Of a DNA stretch of 64,000 bases, positions 38,002 through 48,401 are shown in pieces. Numbering within the stretch: the first letter of the stretch is position 1; every line of letters starts with the position of its first letter. Source of the DNA: an uncultured Clostridia bacterium (lineage in GTDB: Bacteria; Bacillota; Clostridia; Oscillospirales; CAG-272); assembly GCA_944381115.1 (NCBI GenBank), contig CALWJV010000008.1:69613-133612 (forward strand), in the 5' to 3' direction. A program made the position numbers and the translations under genes. Under the pieces are notes generated by a model. It was not told where the DNA came from. It did not search any database and was given only the letters and a program-made list of their open reading frames with translations.

Positions 38002-38475
38002 ATGGCGCAGAAAAAAAATATAGCAGAGACAGTTAAAGAACTTATTGCTCCTGTTGTAAAAGAAATGGGATATGAGATATATGATATTGAGTATTCTAAA
38101 ATAGGTAGTGAATTACATCTTGAGGTCACGATTGACAGCGAGAATGGAATAAATATAGATGATTGTGAAAAAGTACACAGAGCAATAGAGCCGATAATTG
38201 ATGAAGCAGATCCCATAGACAGTTTCTACTATCTTGATGTATCCTCTCCCGGACTTGAAAGAATAATAAGGATACCGGAGCATTTTATTAAGTGCAAAGG
38301 AAAGATCATCGAGGCAAAATTTTTTGCATCAATTGAGGGAAAGAAAAGCATTGTTGGAAAACTGGAAGAGTACGACAGTGAAAACGATACAGTGAAGATT
38401 ACCGAAAAAAACGGTAAGAGTTTAACTGTTGGAAGAAAGCAGATATCAAAGGCAAATGTATATTATGAAATGTAA
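38002..38475 (+). CDS. rimP: Ribosome maturation factor RimP
   Basis: LEVTID...DDCEKV...LDVSSPGLER is the RimP signature. The ATG at 38002 has an AAAGGA SD. The gene is first in the nusA operon. Confidence 0.85.
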   Translation: MAQKKNIAETVKELIAPVVKEMGYEIYDIEYSKIGSELHLEVTIDSENGINIDDCEKVHRAIEPIIDEADPIDSFYYLDVSSPGLERIIRIPEHFIKCKGKIIEAKFFASIEGKKSIVGKLEEYDSENDTVKITEKNGKSLTVGRKQISKANVYYEM

Positions 38476-38505
38476 AAAATAAACTCGGAGGATAAAGAAA
38501 AAGAA

Positions 38506-39534
38506 ATGAATAAGGCGTTATTTCAGGCTCTCGATATGCTTGAGAGCGAAAAGGGAATTCCGAAGGCTTATATGTTTGAGAAATTGGAAGCGGCACTTGT
38601 AAGTGCGTACCGACGTGAGATGGGCGGAAGTACCAATGTAAGAGTGCACATTAATGAAGACAAATACGATTTTAAAGTTTTTAAAAGACTTGACATAGTA
38701 GAAGAAGTAACCGATCCAAATACGCAGATCTCCCTTGCAGATGCAAAAAAGAAGTCAAGAAGGAATGTCCTCGGCGGAGTAGTTGAAATAGAACTTAAGC
38801 CGGATGAATTCAGAAGACTGAGTGCAATAACTGGAAAACAGGTTATTGTTCAGGCAATAAGGGAAGCAGAACGCGGAATGATGATCAAGGAATATGAAGA
38901 AAAGAAGGAAGAAATAGTAACAGCTGTTGTTGATAAGGTGGATCCAGAGACCGGAAGCGTAAGACTTAATATAGGAAACGGATATGCGACTCTTTTACAG
39001 TCTGAACAAATACCTGGAGAAACATTTGAACCTGGAGAGCATATAAAAGTATATGTAATAGAGGTTAAAAAAGAAAGCCGTGGACCGTATGTGACGCTTT
39101 CAAGAACACATGCAGGTTTTGTAAAGAGACTTTTTGAACTCAATATTCCGGAAATTGCCGACGGAACGGTAATAATAAAGAACATAGCAAGAGAGGCAGG
39201 ATCAAGAACAAAAATTTCGGTTATGAGCCGTGACAGTGATGTAGACCCGATAGGAACATGTGTTGGACAGCAAAATCAACGTAAACAGGCAATAACTGAT
39301 GAACTTCAAGGAGAAAAAATAGATATAATCCGATATAGTGATAAAATAGAGGATTACGTAAAAGAAGCCCTTTCTCCAGCAAAAGTAGATGAAGTAATAG
39401 TTGATGGGGATCATTCGTGCAGGGCATATGTTGCTCCAGATCAACTTTCATTGGCAATTGGAAAAGAAGGTCAGAATGCAAGACTTGCAGCAAAATTAAC
39501 CGGAATGAAGATTGACATAAAAACAGGTGACTGA
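38506..39534 (+). CDS. nusA: Transcription termination/antitermination factor NusA
   Basis: 342 aa. An N-terminal RNAP-binding domain is followed by an S1 domain and two KH domains (LAIGKEGQNARLA). Confidence 0.95.
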   Translation: MNKALFQALDMLESEKGIPKAYMFEKLEAALVSAYRREMGGSTNVRVHINEDKYDFKVFKRLDIVEEVTDPNTQISLADAKKKSRRNVLGGVVEIELKPDEFRRLSAITGKQVIVQAIREAERGMMIKEYEEKKEEIVTAVVDKVDPETGSVRLNIGNGYATLLQSEQIPGETFEPGEHIKVYVIEVKKESRGPYVTLSRTHAGFVKRLFELNIPEIADGTVIIKNIAREAGSRTKISVMSRDSDVDPIGTCVGQQNQRKQAITDELQGEKIDIIRYSDKIEDYVKEALSPAKVDEVIVDGDHSCRAYVAPDQLSLAIGKEGQNARLAAKLTGMKIDIKTGD

Positions 39535-39564
39535 GAAAAAAAGTGTACTGAACTAAGCGGCAGG

Positions 39565-39855
39565 ATGGAGATTAAGGTGGAAATAAGAAAGAGAAAAACG
39601 CCGGAGCGGCGTTGCGTCGGATGCGGCGAGACGAAAGAAAAAAAGCAACTGATAAGGGTCGTGAGAACTCCGGAAGGTGAAGTTATACTTGATGCTACCG
39701 GAAAGAAATCCGGAAGAGGAGCATACCTTTGCCGAAACATTTCCTGTTTTAGAAAAGCAAGAAAAAGTAAGAGGCTCGAAAGCGGACTTTCGGTGCAGAT
39801 ACCCGAAGAAATATACGAAAGACTTGAAAAAGAACTTTTGGAAGAAAAAAAATGA
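39565..39855 (+). CDS. ylxR: YlxR/RnpM family RNA-binding protein (DUF448)
   Basis: It carries RRCVGCGETKEKKQLIRVV and GRGAYLC motifs, and it is syntenic after nusA. Confidence 0.85.
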   Translation: MEIKVEIRKRKTPERRCVGCGETKEKKQLIRVVRTPEGEVILDATGKKSGRGAYLCRNISCFRKARKSKRLESGLSVQIPEEIYERLEKELLEEKK

Positions 39856-40184
39856 CAGATGAAAAAATAAAAGTAATATCCCTTATCGGTATTGCGAAAA
39901 AAGCCGGAAAAATAATATCCGGTACCGAGCAGGTAATCGAAAAGGTACGGGCCAAGGAAAAAAACGGTATAAAACTTCTGCTTTGCAGCGCAGATGCTTC
40001 TGGCAATACAATAAAAAGGATATTAAACGCATCATCTTTTTACGGTATTCCTTGTTATACGCTTTGGATAGACAAAGCCGAACTTGCAAGAATTATCGGA
40101 AGACAGAGCCTTACCTCAGTTGTAGGGATAACAGATGAAGGATTTAGTAAGGCGATGATGGAAAGACTAGATACACAGAAATGA
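39852..40184 (+). CDS. ylxQ: L7Ae-family ribosomal-protein-like protein (YlxQ-like)
   Basis: 110 aa. It shows the L7Ae/L30e-like pattern ([12 protein letters not shown]). It overlaps ylxR by 4 nt and sits in the conserved nusA-infB position. Confidence 0.8.
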   Translation: MTDEKIKVISLIGIAKKAGKIISGTEQVIEKVRAKEKNGIKLLLCSADASGNTIKRILNASSFYGIPCYTLWIDKAELARIIGRQSLTSVVGITDEGFSKAMMERLDTQK

Positions 40185-40227
40185 ACAAGAAGGTGGACAG
40201 AAAAAATGTTCACAGGAGGTGCAAGTA

Positions 40228-42921
40228 ATGGCAGAAAAAGTTAAGATAAGCAGTCTTGCCAAAGATCTTAAAATGAAAAGTTCAAAAGAACTTGTAGAAA
40301 AACTTACCGAGCTCGGATATTCGGATATAAAAACAACGTCCGCAATAGATGCTGAACAATTTAACAAACTTTTTGAAAATATAAAGGAGCGTTATAAGGT
40401 AAGCATAAGCATAGAAGATTATTTGAGCGGAAAAGCCGTAATAGATGAATTTGAAATAAAACAAAAATCTCCCAAAGAAGAGAATAAAAAAACGGCTAAA
40501 AAAGAAGAAAGTCTTCCTGATATAAAAAAGACAGATACAAAGACTGTTGAAAAGACTGTCGAAAAAGGAAAAAAGACAGAAGCAGACAAAACAAAAAGTC
40601 AAGAAAAAATAAAAGAAGAGTCCAAAGCGGAAGAAAAGACGGAACAACCTAAAAAAGAGGAACCTGAAAATCCGAAAGCAGAAGAAAAGCGCAATAATAA
40701 ACCTACTGTTAAGAAATCTGCAGAGGCAAATGCAGAGACAGAGAAAAAGCAAAATTCCGATATAAAGCAAAATAAAAAACCGCAACAAAAGGAGAGGGTA
40801 TTTACTCCTCCTACACAGCAAAGTAAAAATCAGAAATCCCAGCAGACCAAAATTCAGAAGCAGCAGCCACAACAGAATCAAAGACCGAAACTTCAAGGCG
40901 GTGTAGAGATAGGCGGTCCGTCTTCAGAATCTGAATTTAACGGAAAGCCAAAAGCAAGAGTAGTTGATACCAGAGGCGGTACTGTCGATCTTTCAAAATA
41001 CGATGAAAAACTCGAAACACTTGCAAGTAAAGCAGGTAAAGAATACAGCGACACGAGAGGCGGAAGAGTTGTTGACGGACGTAAAAAAGGCGGAAAGATC
41101 GACAAAGAAAAAGATAAAGAAAGGATAGAACTAGAAAAACTCCGTAAGCAGCAAATGGAAAAGGCAAGACGCCTGCCGCTGTCTGTCTCGATACCGGATG
41201 AAATTACCGTGGGAGAACTTGCCACAAGACTAAAAATTTCAGCATCGGATTTAATAAAAAAACTATTTATGCTCGGAGTTATGGCAAATGTAAACCAGAC
41301 GATTGATTATGACACAGCATATCTTATAGCGGACGAAATGGGAGCAAAGGTAACTAAAGAAGTCGTAGTTACCATAGAAGACAAACTGTTTGATGAAGAG
41401 GAAGATTCAGCGGAATGCCTTGTAACGAGAGCACCTGTTGTATGTGTTATGGGGCATGTTGACCACGGAAAGACATCGCTTCTTGACGCTATCAGACATA
41501 CAAAGGTAACTGCAGGTGAAGCAGGGGGAATTACTCAGCATATCGGAGCATACAGAGTAAATGTCAACGGTAAGGACATAACATTTCTTGATACCCCCGG
41601 ACATGAAGCGTTTACTGCCATGAGAGCAAGAGGGGCAAAGGCAACAGATATAGCGATACTGGTAGTTGCTGCCGATGACGGTATTATGCCGCAGACAGTA
41701 GAGGCAATAAACCATGCAAAGGCCGCCGGGGTTGACATTATCGTAGCAATAAATAAGATGGATAAACCTTCTGCAAATCCTGATGTTATAAAACAGGCAC
41801 TAACGCAGTACGACCTAGTTCCGGAGGAATGGGGAGGCGACGTTATGTGTGTACCGGTATCCGCAATTACCGGAAAAGGCATAGATGAACTTCTTGAAGA
41901 TGTTCTTTTAATAGCAGAAGTAAAAGAATTCAAGGCAAATCCGGACAGGAGAGCAAAGGGTGTGGTTATAGAAGCCAAACTCGATAAGGGAAGAGGACCT
42001 GTTGCAACTGTTCTTGTTCAAAACGGTACGCTTAAAGTGGGGGATACCATAATTGCCGGAACTGCAGTGGGCAGGGTAAAAGCGATGAAGGACGACAACG
42101 GAAAGCACGTCAAGGCTGCCGGGCCGTCAGTTCCTGTTGAAATAGACGGTCTTAGCGAAGTTCCTTCTGCAGGAGACGAATTTAATGCAGTTGAAAACGA
42201 GCGTATGGCAAAGGAACTTGCCGAGCAGCGCAAACAAAGACAACGCGATGAACAGTTCAAGGCAAATTCAAAGGTAAACCTTGAGGCACTGTTTGAAAGC
42301 ATGGGCGGAAACGTAAAAGAACTTAATATAATCGTTAAAGCGGACGTTCAGGGTTCTGCCGAAGCAGTCAAACAATCACTGCTTAAACTTTCAAATGATG
42401 AAGTAAAGGTGAATGTTATACACTCAGGCGCAGGCGGAATAGTTGAAAGCGATATAATGCTTGCATCCGCATCCAATGCGATAGTAATCGGATTCAACGT
42501 ACGTCCGGATAAAAAGGCACTTGATTCAGCCGAAAAGCATAAAGTTGACGTAAGAACATACAGGATCATATATGATTGCATAGAAGAAATTTCTGCTGCA
42601 ATGAAAGGTATGCTTGCACCTACCTTTAAGGAAAGTGTTCTCGGACATGCAGAAGTCAGAAAGACGATCAAGGTCCCGAATGTAGGTATTATTGCAGGTT
42701 GCTATATTACTGACGGAAAGGCAACAAGAAACTGCAGCATGAGGATATTACGCGATTCTGTTGTGCTTTGTGAAGATAAACTTGCATCGCTCAGGAGGTT
42801 TAAGGATGATGTAAAAGAAGTACAGCAAGGTTATGAGTGCGGTGTAGGTATCGAGCATTTCAATGATATAAGAGAAGGGGACATACTTGAATTTTTTGAA
42901 ATGGTAGAGGTAGAGCGGTAA
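40228..42921 (+). CDS. infB: Translation initiation factor IF-2
   Basis: The ATG at 40228 lies 8 nt after AGGAGG. A Lys/Glu/Gln-rich low-complexity N-region precedes the GTPase motifs [14 protein letters not shown] and NKMD, followed by the C-terminal beta-barrel domains. Confidence 0.95.
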   Translation: MAEKVKISSLAKDLKMKSSKELVEKLTELGYSDIKTTSAIDAEQFNKLFENIKERYKVSISIEDYLSGKAVIDEFEIKQKSPKEENKKTAKKEESLPDIKKTDTKTVEKTVEKGKKTEADKTKSQEKIKEESKAEEKTEQPKKEEPENPKAEEKRNNKPTVKKSAEANAETEKKQNSDIKQNKKPQQKERVFTPPTQQSKNQKSQQTKIQKQQPQQNQRPKLQGGVEIGGPSSESEFNGKPKARVVDTRGGTVDLSKYDEKLETLASKAGKEYSDTRGGRVVDGRKKGGKIDKEKDKERIELEKLRKQQMEKARRLPLSVSIPDEITVGELATRLKISASDLIKKLFMLGVMANVNQTIDYDTAYLIADEMGAKVTKEVVVTIEDKLFDEEEDSAECLVTRAPVVCVMGHVDHGKTSLLDAIRHTKVTAGEAGGITQHIGAYRVNVNGKDITFLDTPGHEAFTAMRARGAKATDIAILVVAADDGIMPQTVEAINHAKAAGVDIIVAINKMDKPSANPDVIKQALTQYDLVPEEWGGDVMCVPVSAITGKGIDELLEDVLLIAEVKEFKANPDRRAKGVVIEAKLDKGRGPVATVLVQNGTLKVGDTIIAGTAVGRVKAMKDDNGKHVKAAGPSVPVEIDGLSEVPSAGDEFNAVENERMAKELAEQRKQRQRDEQFKANSKVNLEALFESMGGNVKELNIIVKADVQGSAEAVKQSLLKLSNDEVKVNVIHSGAGGIVESDIMLASASNAIVIGFNVRPDKKALDSAEKHKVDVRTYRIIYDCIEEISAAMKGMLAPTFKESVLGHAEVRKTIKVPNVGIIAGCYITDGKATRNCSMRILRDSVVLCEDKLASLRRFKDDVKEVQQGYECGVGIEHFNDIREGDILEFFEMVEVER

Positions 42922-43007
42922 TAAAGAATATTATATTGTATCCGTATTGTGGAAATCGGATATAAACAGGACTTTTGCATTAATGGTACAACTAAAAAAG
43001 GAAAAAT

Positions 43008-45011
43008 ATGAATTGTGATTTTCTGCCGATAAATAAAAAAGAAATGCAGAACAGAGGATGGGAACAGGCGGATTTTGTTTATGTTACCGGAGACGCTTAC
43101 GTTGACCATCCGAGTTTCGGAGTGTCGATAATTTCAAGGGTACTGGAATCTGAAGGTTACAAAGTGGCAATACTTTCACAGCCGGATTATAAAAGTGCGG
43201 AAAGTTTTAAAGAGTTCGGGCGACCGCGACTCGGATTTTTGGTGACCGCAGGGAACATTGATTCAATGGTTGCGCACTATACAGCCGCAAAACGTAAAAG
43301 GAGTTACGATTACTATTCTCCGGGCGGTAAAATGGGACTTAGGCCTGACAGAGCCTGCATAGTTTATACAAACAGGATAAGAGAAGCGTATGGGGACGTA
43401 CCTGTGATATTAGGAGGACTTGAAGCGTCCTTAAGACGCTTTGCGCATTATGATTATTGGGACGATAAAATCCGCAGAAGTATACTTGTTGACTCCAGAG
43501 CAGATATGATCACTTATGGTATGGGTGAAAATATTTTAAGGAAAATCGCTTCACTTCTCAATAAAGGAGTTCCGATAAAAAAAATCCGCGACGTAAGGGG
43601 AACTGTTTTTCTTGCAAATAAAGAGGACAGGGTTTTTTTTGATACTGTCGGAGGATATGATTTTAATGATCTGAAAACAGATAAAAAGTTATATGCCGAA
43701 GCATTTGGAGTGCAATATAATGAAACGGATTCTGTACGTGGCAGGGCAGTTTTAGAGTACTATGACGGTAAGATGTTGGTACAAAACCCGCCAATGCCGC
43801 CGCTCGAACAAAAAGAGCTTGACTTTGTTTACGGACTTCCGTATACAAGAAAGCCGCATCCGGTCTATGATAAAGACGGAGGAATTCCCGGAATTGAAGA
43901 AGTGAAGTTTTCAATAACCCATAACCGTGGCTGTTTCGGGGCATGTAATTTTTGTGCACTTGCGTTTCATCAAGGTCGATCCGTGAGAGCGAGAAGCGTA
44001 CAATCAGTATTAAGAGAAGCAAAAATAATAACCGAAATGCCTGATTTTAAAGGTTATATACACGATATAGGCGGTCCGACGGCAAATTTTCGTGGACCAG
44101 CGTGCGAAAAACAAATTAAAGACGGAGTATGTGCAGGCAGAAAGTGTCTTACACCGACACCATGTAAAAATCTTATTTGCAATCATAGTGAATTTCAGAA
44201 GATAATTGAAAGTGTAGAGGCTCTCCCTAAGGTAAAGAAAGTATTCATACGGTCGGGGATACGCTATGACTATCTTATGTATGATAAAGACGATACATTT
44301 TTTCGCAAACTTGTCAGAGATAATGTAAGCGGTCAACTTAAAGTAGCCCCTGAGCACTGTTGTGACGCAGTCTTAAATCAGATGGGTAAGCCGTCTGTAA
44401 AAGTATATGAGGCGTTCAAGGAAAAATTTTTTAGGATAACAAAAGAAGAAGGGAAAGAGCAGTACATAGTTCCGTACCTTATGTCAAGTCACCCCGGAAG
44501 CACTTTAAAAGAGGCCATAGAGCTTGCATTGTATATAAAAAGATGGGGATATACTCCGGAGCAGGTCCAGGATTTCTATCCAACACCCGGAACGGCATCA
44601 ACGGTTATGTATTATACCGGAATAAACCCGATTACAGGGAAAAAGGTATATGTTGCGACTGATTATCACGAAAAGCAACTTCAAAGAGCGTTGCTTCAGT
44701 TTAGTAATATAAAAAACGCCGATCTGGTACGCGAAGCGCTTGAAAAATGCGGGCGTACGGATCTTATCGGCTATGGCAAAGAATGCCTTGTAAGGCCAAA
44801 AAGCGATGGTATCGGCAATAGAAAAAAAAGTTTAAAAAACAAGGTAGAAACAAATAAAGAAAAAAAATCCGGAAAACCGGAGGTCTATACCAAAAGCATA
44901 GAGACGTTTTATAAAGATAAAAAAAATTCTGTCGTTAATAAAAAAAAGATTGAAAGAAAAAAAGGATGGGCAAGACCTCAAAAAAAAAATAAAAGATCAG
45001 GTTCAAAATAA
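43008..45011 (+). CDS. ygiQ: YgiQ-family (UPF0313) radical SAM protein with a Lys-rich C-terminal tail
   Basis: 667 aa. It has the radical SAM motif CFGACNFC and the N-terminal YgiQ-type domain (DFVYVTGDAYVDHPSFG). Confidence 0.85.
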   Translation: MNCDFLPINKKEMQNRGWEQADFVYVTGDAYVDHPSFGVSIISRVLESEGYKVAILSQPDYKSAESFKEFGRPRLGFLVTAGNIDSMVAHYTAAKRKRSYDYYSPGGKMGLRPDRACIVYTNRIREAYGDVPVILGGLEASLRRFAHYDYWDDKIRRSILVDSRADMITYGMGENILRKIASLLNKGVPIKKIRDVRGTVFLANKEDRVFFDTVGGYDFNDLKTDKKLYAEAFGVQYNETDSVRGRAVLEYYDGKMLVQNPPMPPLEQKELDFVYGLPYTRKPHPVYDKDGGIPGIEEVKFSITHNRGCFGACNFCALAFHQGRSVRARSVQSVLREAKIITEMPDFKGYIHDIGGPTANFRGPACEKQIKDGVCAGRKCLTPTPCKNLICNHSEFQKIIESVEALPKVKKVFIRSGIRYDYLMYDKDDTFFRKLVRDNVSGQLKVAPEHCCDAVLNQMGKPSVKVYEAFKEKFFRITKEEGKEQYIVPYLMSSHPGSTLKEAIELALYIKRWGYTPEQVQDFYPTPGTASTVMYYTGINPITGKKVYVATDYHEKQLQRALLQFSNIKNADLVREALEKCGRTDLIGYGKECLVRPKSDGIGNRKKSLKNKVETNKEKKSGKPEVYTKSIETFYKDKKNSVVNKKKIERKKGWARPQKKNKRSGSK

Positions 45012-45026
45012 GAGCCTGATCTTTTT
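44994..45026. terminator. Bidirectional intrinsic terminator between convergent genes
   Basis: AGATCAGG (44994-45001) pairs with CCTGATCT (45015-45022), with A-runs and T-runs on both sides. It overlaps the ygiQ stop. Confidence 0.6.
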
Positions 45027-45042
45027 ATTAAATTTAAAAAGG

Positions 45043-45684
45043 TTATTCTAAAAAAATTGCAACGGAAAGTGAAGCACATTTTTTTTCAAGATCTTCAATT
45101 TCGTTTTCAAAAATTCCTGATAAATTATCTTGAAGTATATGAAAATACCCGTTTTTGTCTTTTTCGTATAAAAAATCAAACGGTAAAAAAACAAAAGGAT
45201 CACCTTGGGATCGTCCTGATTTTCGTTTTATTATTTCTTTTGCTACTTTTTCAAATTCAGAAAAAAGGATGTCAAAATCACATTTTTTCACAGGATTTAT
45301 TTTATCTTCTTCCACGGTAATAACCTTAAACCCGCTATCTGCGCATTTGATGACTTGATTGGCAAAAATAAAATTTTCAGCATTATAATTTATTACTTTG
45401 TCTGCATGTTTTTTTTCAATGCGAACTTTTTTTTCCATTCTGACGGGGTTTTCAGACATAAAAACACCGTGATCACAAAGTTTTTTCAGTTCAAAATACG
45501 ATTCTTTGAGTTGTGATGACTCATATTTTGCCAAGTCATACCGAAGAGTTGTCGGGAAAACATCTTCAAAGGGAAAGCGGAGGTACGTAAGCATGTCATA
45601 CTGTATTTCGGTAAGTTTATGTACAGCAAGACTTTTGGTATCTATTGCAAAGTAGTGTCCGTAAAATTTAAATTTGTAAATCAT
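45043..45684 (-). CDS. Hypothetical protein; N-terminus resembles the peptide-recognition (RRE-like) region of SCIFF-type radical SAM maturases but has no Fe-S motifs
   Basis: 213 aa with an AAAGGAAG SD 7 nt upstream. MIYKFKFYGHYFAIDTKSLAVHKLTEIQYDML parallels the MxHK(F/Y)x(L/M)xGxx(I/V)xxDxxSGAVHxxDxxxYD(I/V)L start of SCIFF maturases as I recall them. It has only four scattered Cys and no CxxxCxxC. Confidence 0.5.
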   Translation of the reverse strand: MIYKFKFYGHYFAIDTKSLAVHKLTEIQYDMLTYLRFPFEDVFPTTLRYDLAKYESSQLKESYFELKKLCDHGVFMSENPVRMEKKVRIEKKHADKVINYNAENFIFANQVIKCADSGFKVITVEEDKINPVKKCDFDILFSEFEKVAKEIIKRKSGRSQGDPFVFLPFDFLYEKDKNGYFHILQDNLSGIFENEIEDLEKKCASLSVAIFLE

Positions 45685-45765
45685 TTTTTAACTTCCTTTC
45701 GCAAAATGCTTTATGCGTATATTGCCATTATACCCGACATTTTGTATTTTGGTTTTATGAATAAA

Positions 45766-46179
45766 TTACCTGTATGCCCCGTAACGTTTTGCAATATTTT
45801 TTCTTTTTTTTGCCGATGACGGTTGTTTTTCAACGCTTTTTTTACTTAAAGCGCCTAAAACGGAAACCAAAACAGTAAGAGCCATGCGTAAAAAAGATAC
45901 AGCGTCAAATGAAGAAAGAATTAATGATAAAAGTAAAATTATGAGCGCTCCGAAAATTCCTACAATTAACCCTGAAATGAATTTTTTCCCATTTTTTCCG
46001 ACGGAAAATCTTCCGCCGAGAAACGCGCTCAAAAACAAGGCAATATTTGAAAAAATTAATACTAACTGTTCCGGATCATCAAATTGTATTGCAATAAAGC
46101 AAAGTATAAAGATAAGAGAAACGGAACAAAGTGCAAAGATGGCAAGTCCTTTTACGGCATTAAAAAACAAAGGCTTCAT
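45766..46179 (-). CDS. Small integral membrane protein (TIGR04086-like, tentative)
   Basis: 137 aa. It has four predicted TM helices, a GGRF motif after TM2 and a basic C-tail. It sits immediately downstream of yajC. Confidence 0.6.
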   Translation of the reverse strand: MKPLFFNAVKGLAIFALCSVSLIFILCFIAIQFDDPEQLVLIFSNIALFLSAFLGGRFSVGKNGKKFISGLIVGIFGALIILLLSLILSSFDAVSFLRMALTVLVSVLGALSKKSVEKQPSSAKKRKNIAKRYGAYR

Positions 46180-46339
46180 ATTTTTACTCCTTTTTCTGCT
46201 TTTTGAAAACTGTTTTGTAAGAATTTCCGTACTGCCGATAAATTATGATAAAACGGAATACATTAATTTTACAAAGCAGTATTTTCGTTTAGTTAAGTTT
46301 ATGAATAGAAGTAAAAAAATATGATAGCCTGAAAAATTT

Positions 46340-46663
46340 TTATTCAGCGTCTTCTGCTTTTACATCGACGCTTCTTATTGCTGATCGCAAAAATCTGATC
46401 TTGACTCTGTCTCTGCCTGTTTCAATAAGGACAGTTTCGTCTTTAATAGAAACTATCCTGCCAATAATACCGCCGATAGTCGTTACCTCATCTCCAACCT
46501 GGAGAGATTCACGCATTTCATTCATCTTTTTTTCCTGTTTTTTCTGAGGGCGTATCATAAAAAAGTACATAATAACAAGAAGGCCGACAACCATTAAAAT
46601 AGTGACAATACCTCCACTGGTACTACCCGTACCTGCTGCAGCGTCCAAAAAGTATGAAAACAT
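46340..46663 (-). CDS. yajC: Preprotein translocase subunit YajC
   Basis: 107 aa. A single TM helix is followed by MIRPQKKQEKK...LQVGDEVTTIGGIIGRIV, the canonical YajC motif. Confidence 0.9.
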   Translation of the reverse strand: MFSYFLDAAAGTGSTSGGIVTILMVVGLLVIMYFFMIRPQKKQEKKMNEMRESLQVGDEVTTIGGIIGRIVSIKDETVLIETGRDRVKIRFLRSAIRSVDVKAEDAE

Positions 46664-46737
46664 TTATTTGTCCTCCGATTTGAAATTACAATACAACTAT
46701 TGTACATTTTTTTATTATTTTATTCAATAGCAATTTG

Positions 46738-47379
46738 TTAATTTTTATGAGAAAAGTCAAAAATGCGGCAAATTCTTTTAGTTTTTTTTGTCTGAGAATA
46801 TTGCTTTTTTTCATGGAGTGAAAAATATTCTTCTCTGAGGACAGAGCAAAATGCAATATCGCAAAATTTTCCTTTGATGTACATTTTATGTCTTGCCGTA
46901 CCTTCGTAAGTCATTCCGCATTTTTCCATTACCTTTTTTGAATATATATTTTCCGGCATATATTTTGCCTCGACCCGCTCTGCATCCAGATCATAAAAAG
47001 CGACACTTAAAATTGCGTTCAAGGCTTCGGTAGCAATACCTTGATGCCAGTAATCGGGATTTATGACATACCCGACTTCAGCACATAGATTTTTCTCGTC
47101 AAAAGAGGTAAATCCTACAGTACCGATCATTTTATTGTTTTCTTTAAATATTATTGCAAAATCGCTGTAATTTCCGGTGCTGTATTCCTTTTGAAGATAA
47201 TGTATAAGGTCGCGTGTGTAATTAAGAGAAGGGTGCGGTTCCCAAAGAAGATACCGTGCAGTTTCAGGGCGGCTTGCATAACTGTACATATCAAAAGCAT
47301 CTTCATGGATAAGTTTTCTTATTATAAGACGGTCGGTTTCCAGTTTCGGATTTTTTGAAATAAACTGAGATAAGTTCAA
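46738..47379 (-). CDS. GNAT-family N-acetyltransferase (RimJ/RimL-like)
   Basis: 213 aa. It starts LETDRLIIRKL, contains the acetyl-CoA-binding region HQGIATEA and shows the Acetyltransf_3 pattern. Confidence 0.85.
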   Translation of the reverse strand: MNLSQFISKNPKLETDRLIIRKLIHEDAFDMYSYASRPETARYLLWEPHPSLNYTRDLIHYLQKEYSTGNYSDFAIIFKENNKMIGTVGFTSFDEKNLCAEVGYVINPDYWHQGIATEALNAILSVAFYDLDAERVEAKYMPENIYSKKVMEKCGMTYEGTARHKMYIKGKFCDIAFCSVLREEYFSLHEKKQYSQTKKTKRICRIFDFSHKN

Positions 47380-47591
47380 AAAAGCACCTCCTTTTAAATT
47401 TTACAGCAATAAATATTATAGCATAAAAATCTTTTATAAAATTATTAAATTGTAAAATTTTAAAATATTTATGTAATTTGTTGAAAAATTTAAAAATAAA
47501 TGATATGATAATAATTATAAAGTCCTTTTATGAATATAAAAAACATGTAAAATTTTAACAAAAATACAGCACATTGGAAACGGAGATATAT

Positions 47592-48383
47592 ATGAAAAAA
47601 TATTCTTTTATAGGCGCGGGAAATATGGCTTACGCAATAATCGGCGGAATGAAAAGCAGTGACATTACAATATATGATAAAGTACCGTCTCAGTACGACA
47701 AATTTAACGGTAAATTAAAAATTGCCGGGTCCGCCGCAGAGGCTGTTGAAGTAGCGGATTATATTATTTTGGCAGTTAAACCTCAAAATTTTGCCGAATT
47801 GACAAAAGAGATAAGCGACAGCGGAGTGAAACTTACAGGTAAAACTTTTATTTCAATTGCTGCAGGAGTGAGTTGTGCTTCGATATGCAAAGGACTTAAC
47901 GCAGATGTTCCTGTCATAAGAACAATGCCAAATACGCCTCTTCTTATAGGTAAAGGTGTGACCGCAATATCCAAAAACTCTTTTGTAAGCGATACCGCAT
48001 TTCATGAAATAAAAGAGATGTTTTCCGCATCCGGGAGTGTGTTTGAACTTCCGGAGGACAAAATGAACGCAGTAATAGCAGCAACATCAAGTGCTCCGGC
48101 ATATATTTATTACATAATAGACTGTATTTACAAAGAAGCAAAAGCAGAAGGACTTGAAAGTGAAATGCTTCTTAAAGTTATCTGTGATATGGTAAAGGGA
48201 TCTGCAGATATGGTGATAAATTCAGATAAAACGCCGGAGGAACTTGTGAAGATGGTAACATCTCCAAATGGGACGACTGAGAGAGCAATGGAGATTTTTT
48301 ACAAAGAAGGGCTTTTTGAAATGATATCAAAGGCGATGAAGGCCTGCACTAAACGTGCCGAAGAACTTTCGGCAGAACTTTGA
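47592..48383 (+). CDS. proC: Pyrroline-5-carboxylate reductase
   Basis: It has the FIGAGNMA Rossmann motif, RTMPNTP and SPNGTTE. The ATG at 47592 has an ACGGAGA SD and is preferred over the listed TTG. Confidence 0.9.
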   Translation: MKKYSFIGAGNMAYAIIGGMKSSDITIYDKVPSQYDKFNGKLKIAGSAAEAVEVADYIILAVKPQNFAELTKEISDSGVKLTGKTFISIAAGVSCASICKGLNADVPVIRTMPNTPLLIGKGVTAISKNSFVSDTAFHEIKEMFSASGSVFELPEDKMNAVIAATSSAPAYIYYIIDCIYKEAKAEGLESEMLLKVICDMVKGSADMVINSDKTPEELVKMVTSPNGTTERAMEIFYKEGLFEMISKAMKACTKRAEELSAEL

Positions 48384-48401
48384 TGAAAGGGATTTTTTAT
48401 A

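Noticed and set aside
40282-40896. 204-aa ORF antisense to infB
   Set aside because: It is a mirror image of the Lys/Glu-rich (AAA/GAA) low-complexity N-region of IF-2, which gives an F/L-rich artefactual frame.
42940-42975. Hairpin ATCCG...CGGAT after infB as an operon terminator
   Set aside because: The stem is short and no T-run follows it, so there is insufficient evidence for an intrinsic terminator.
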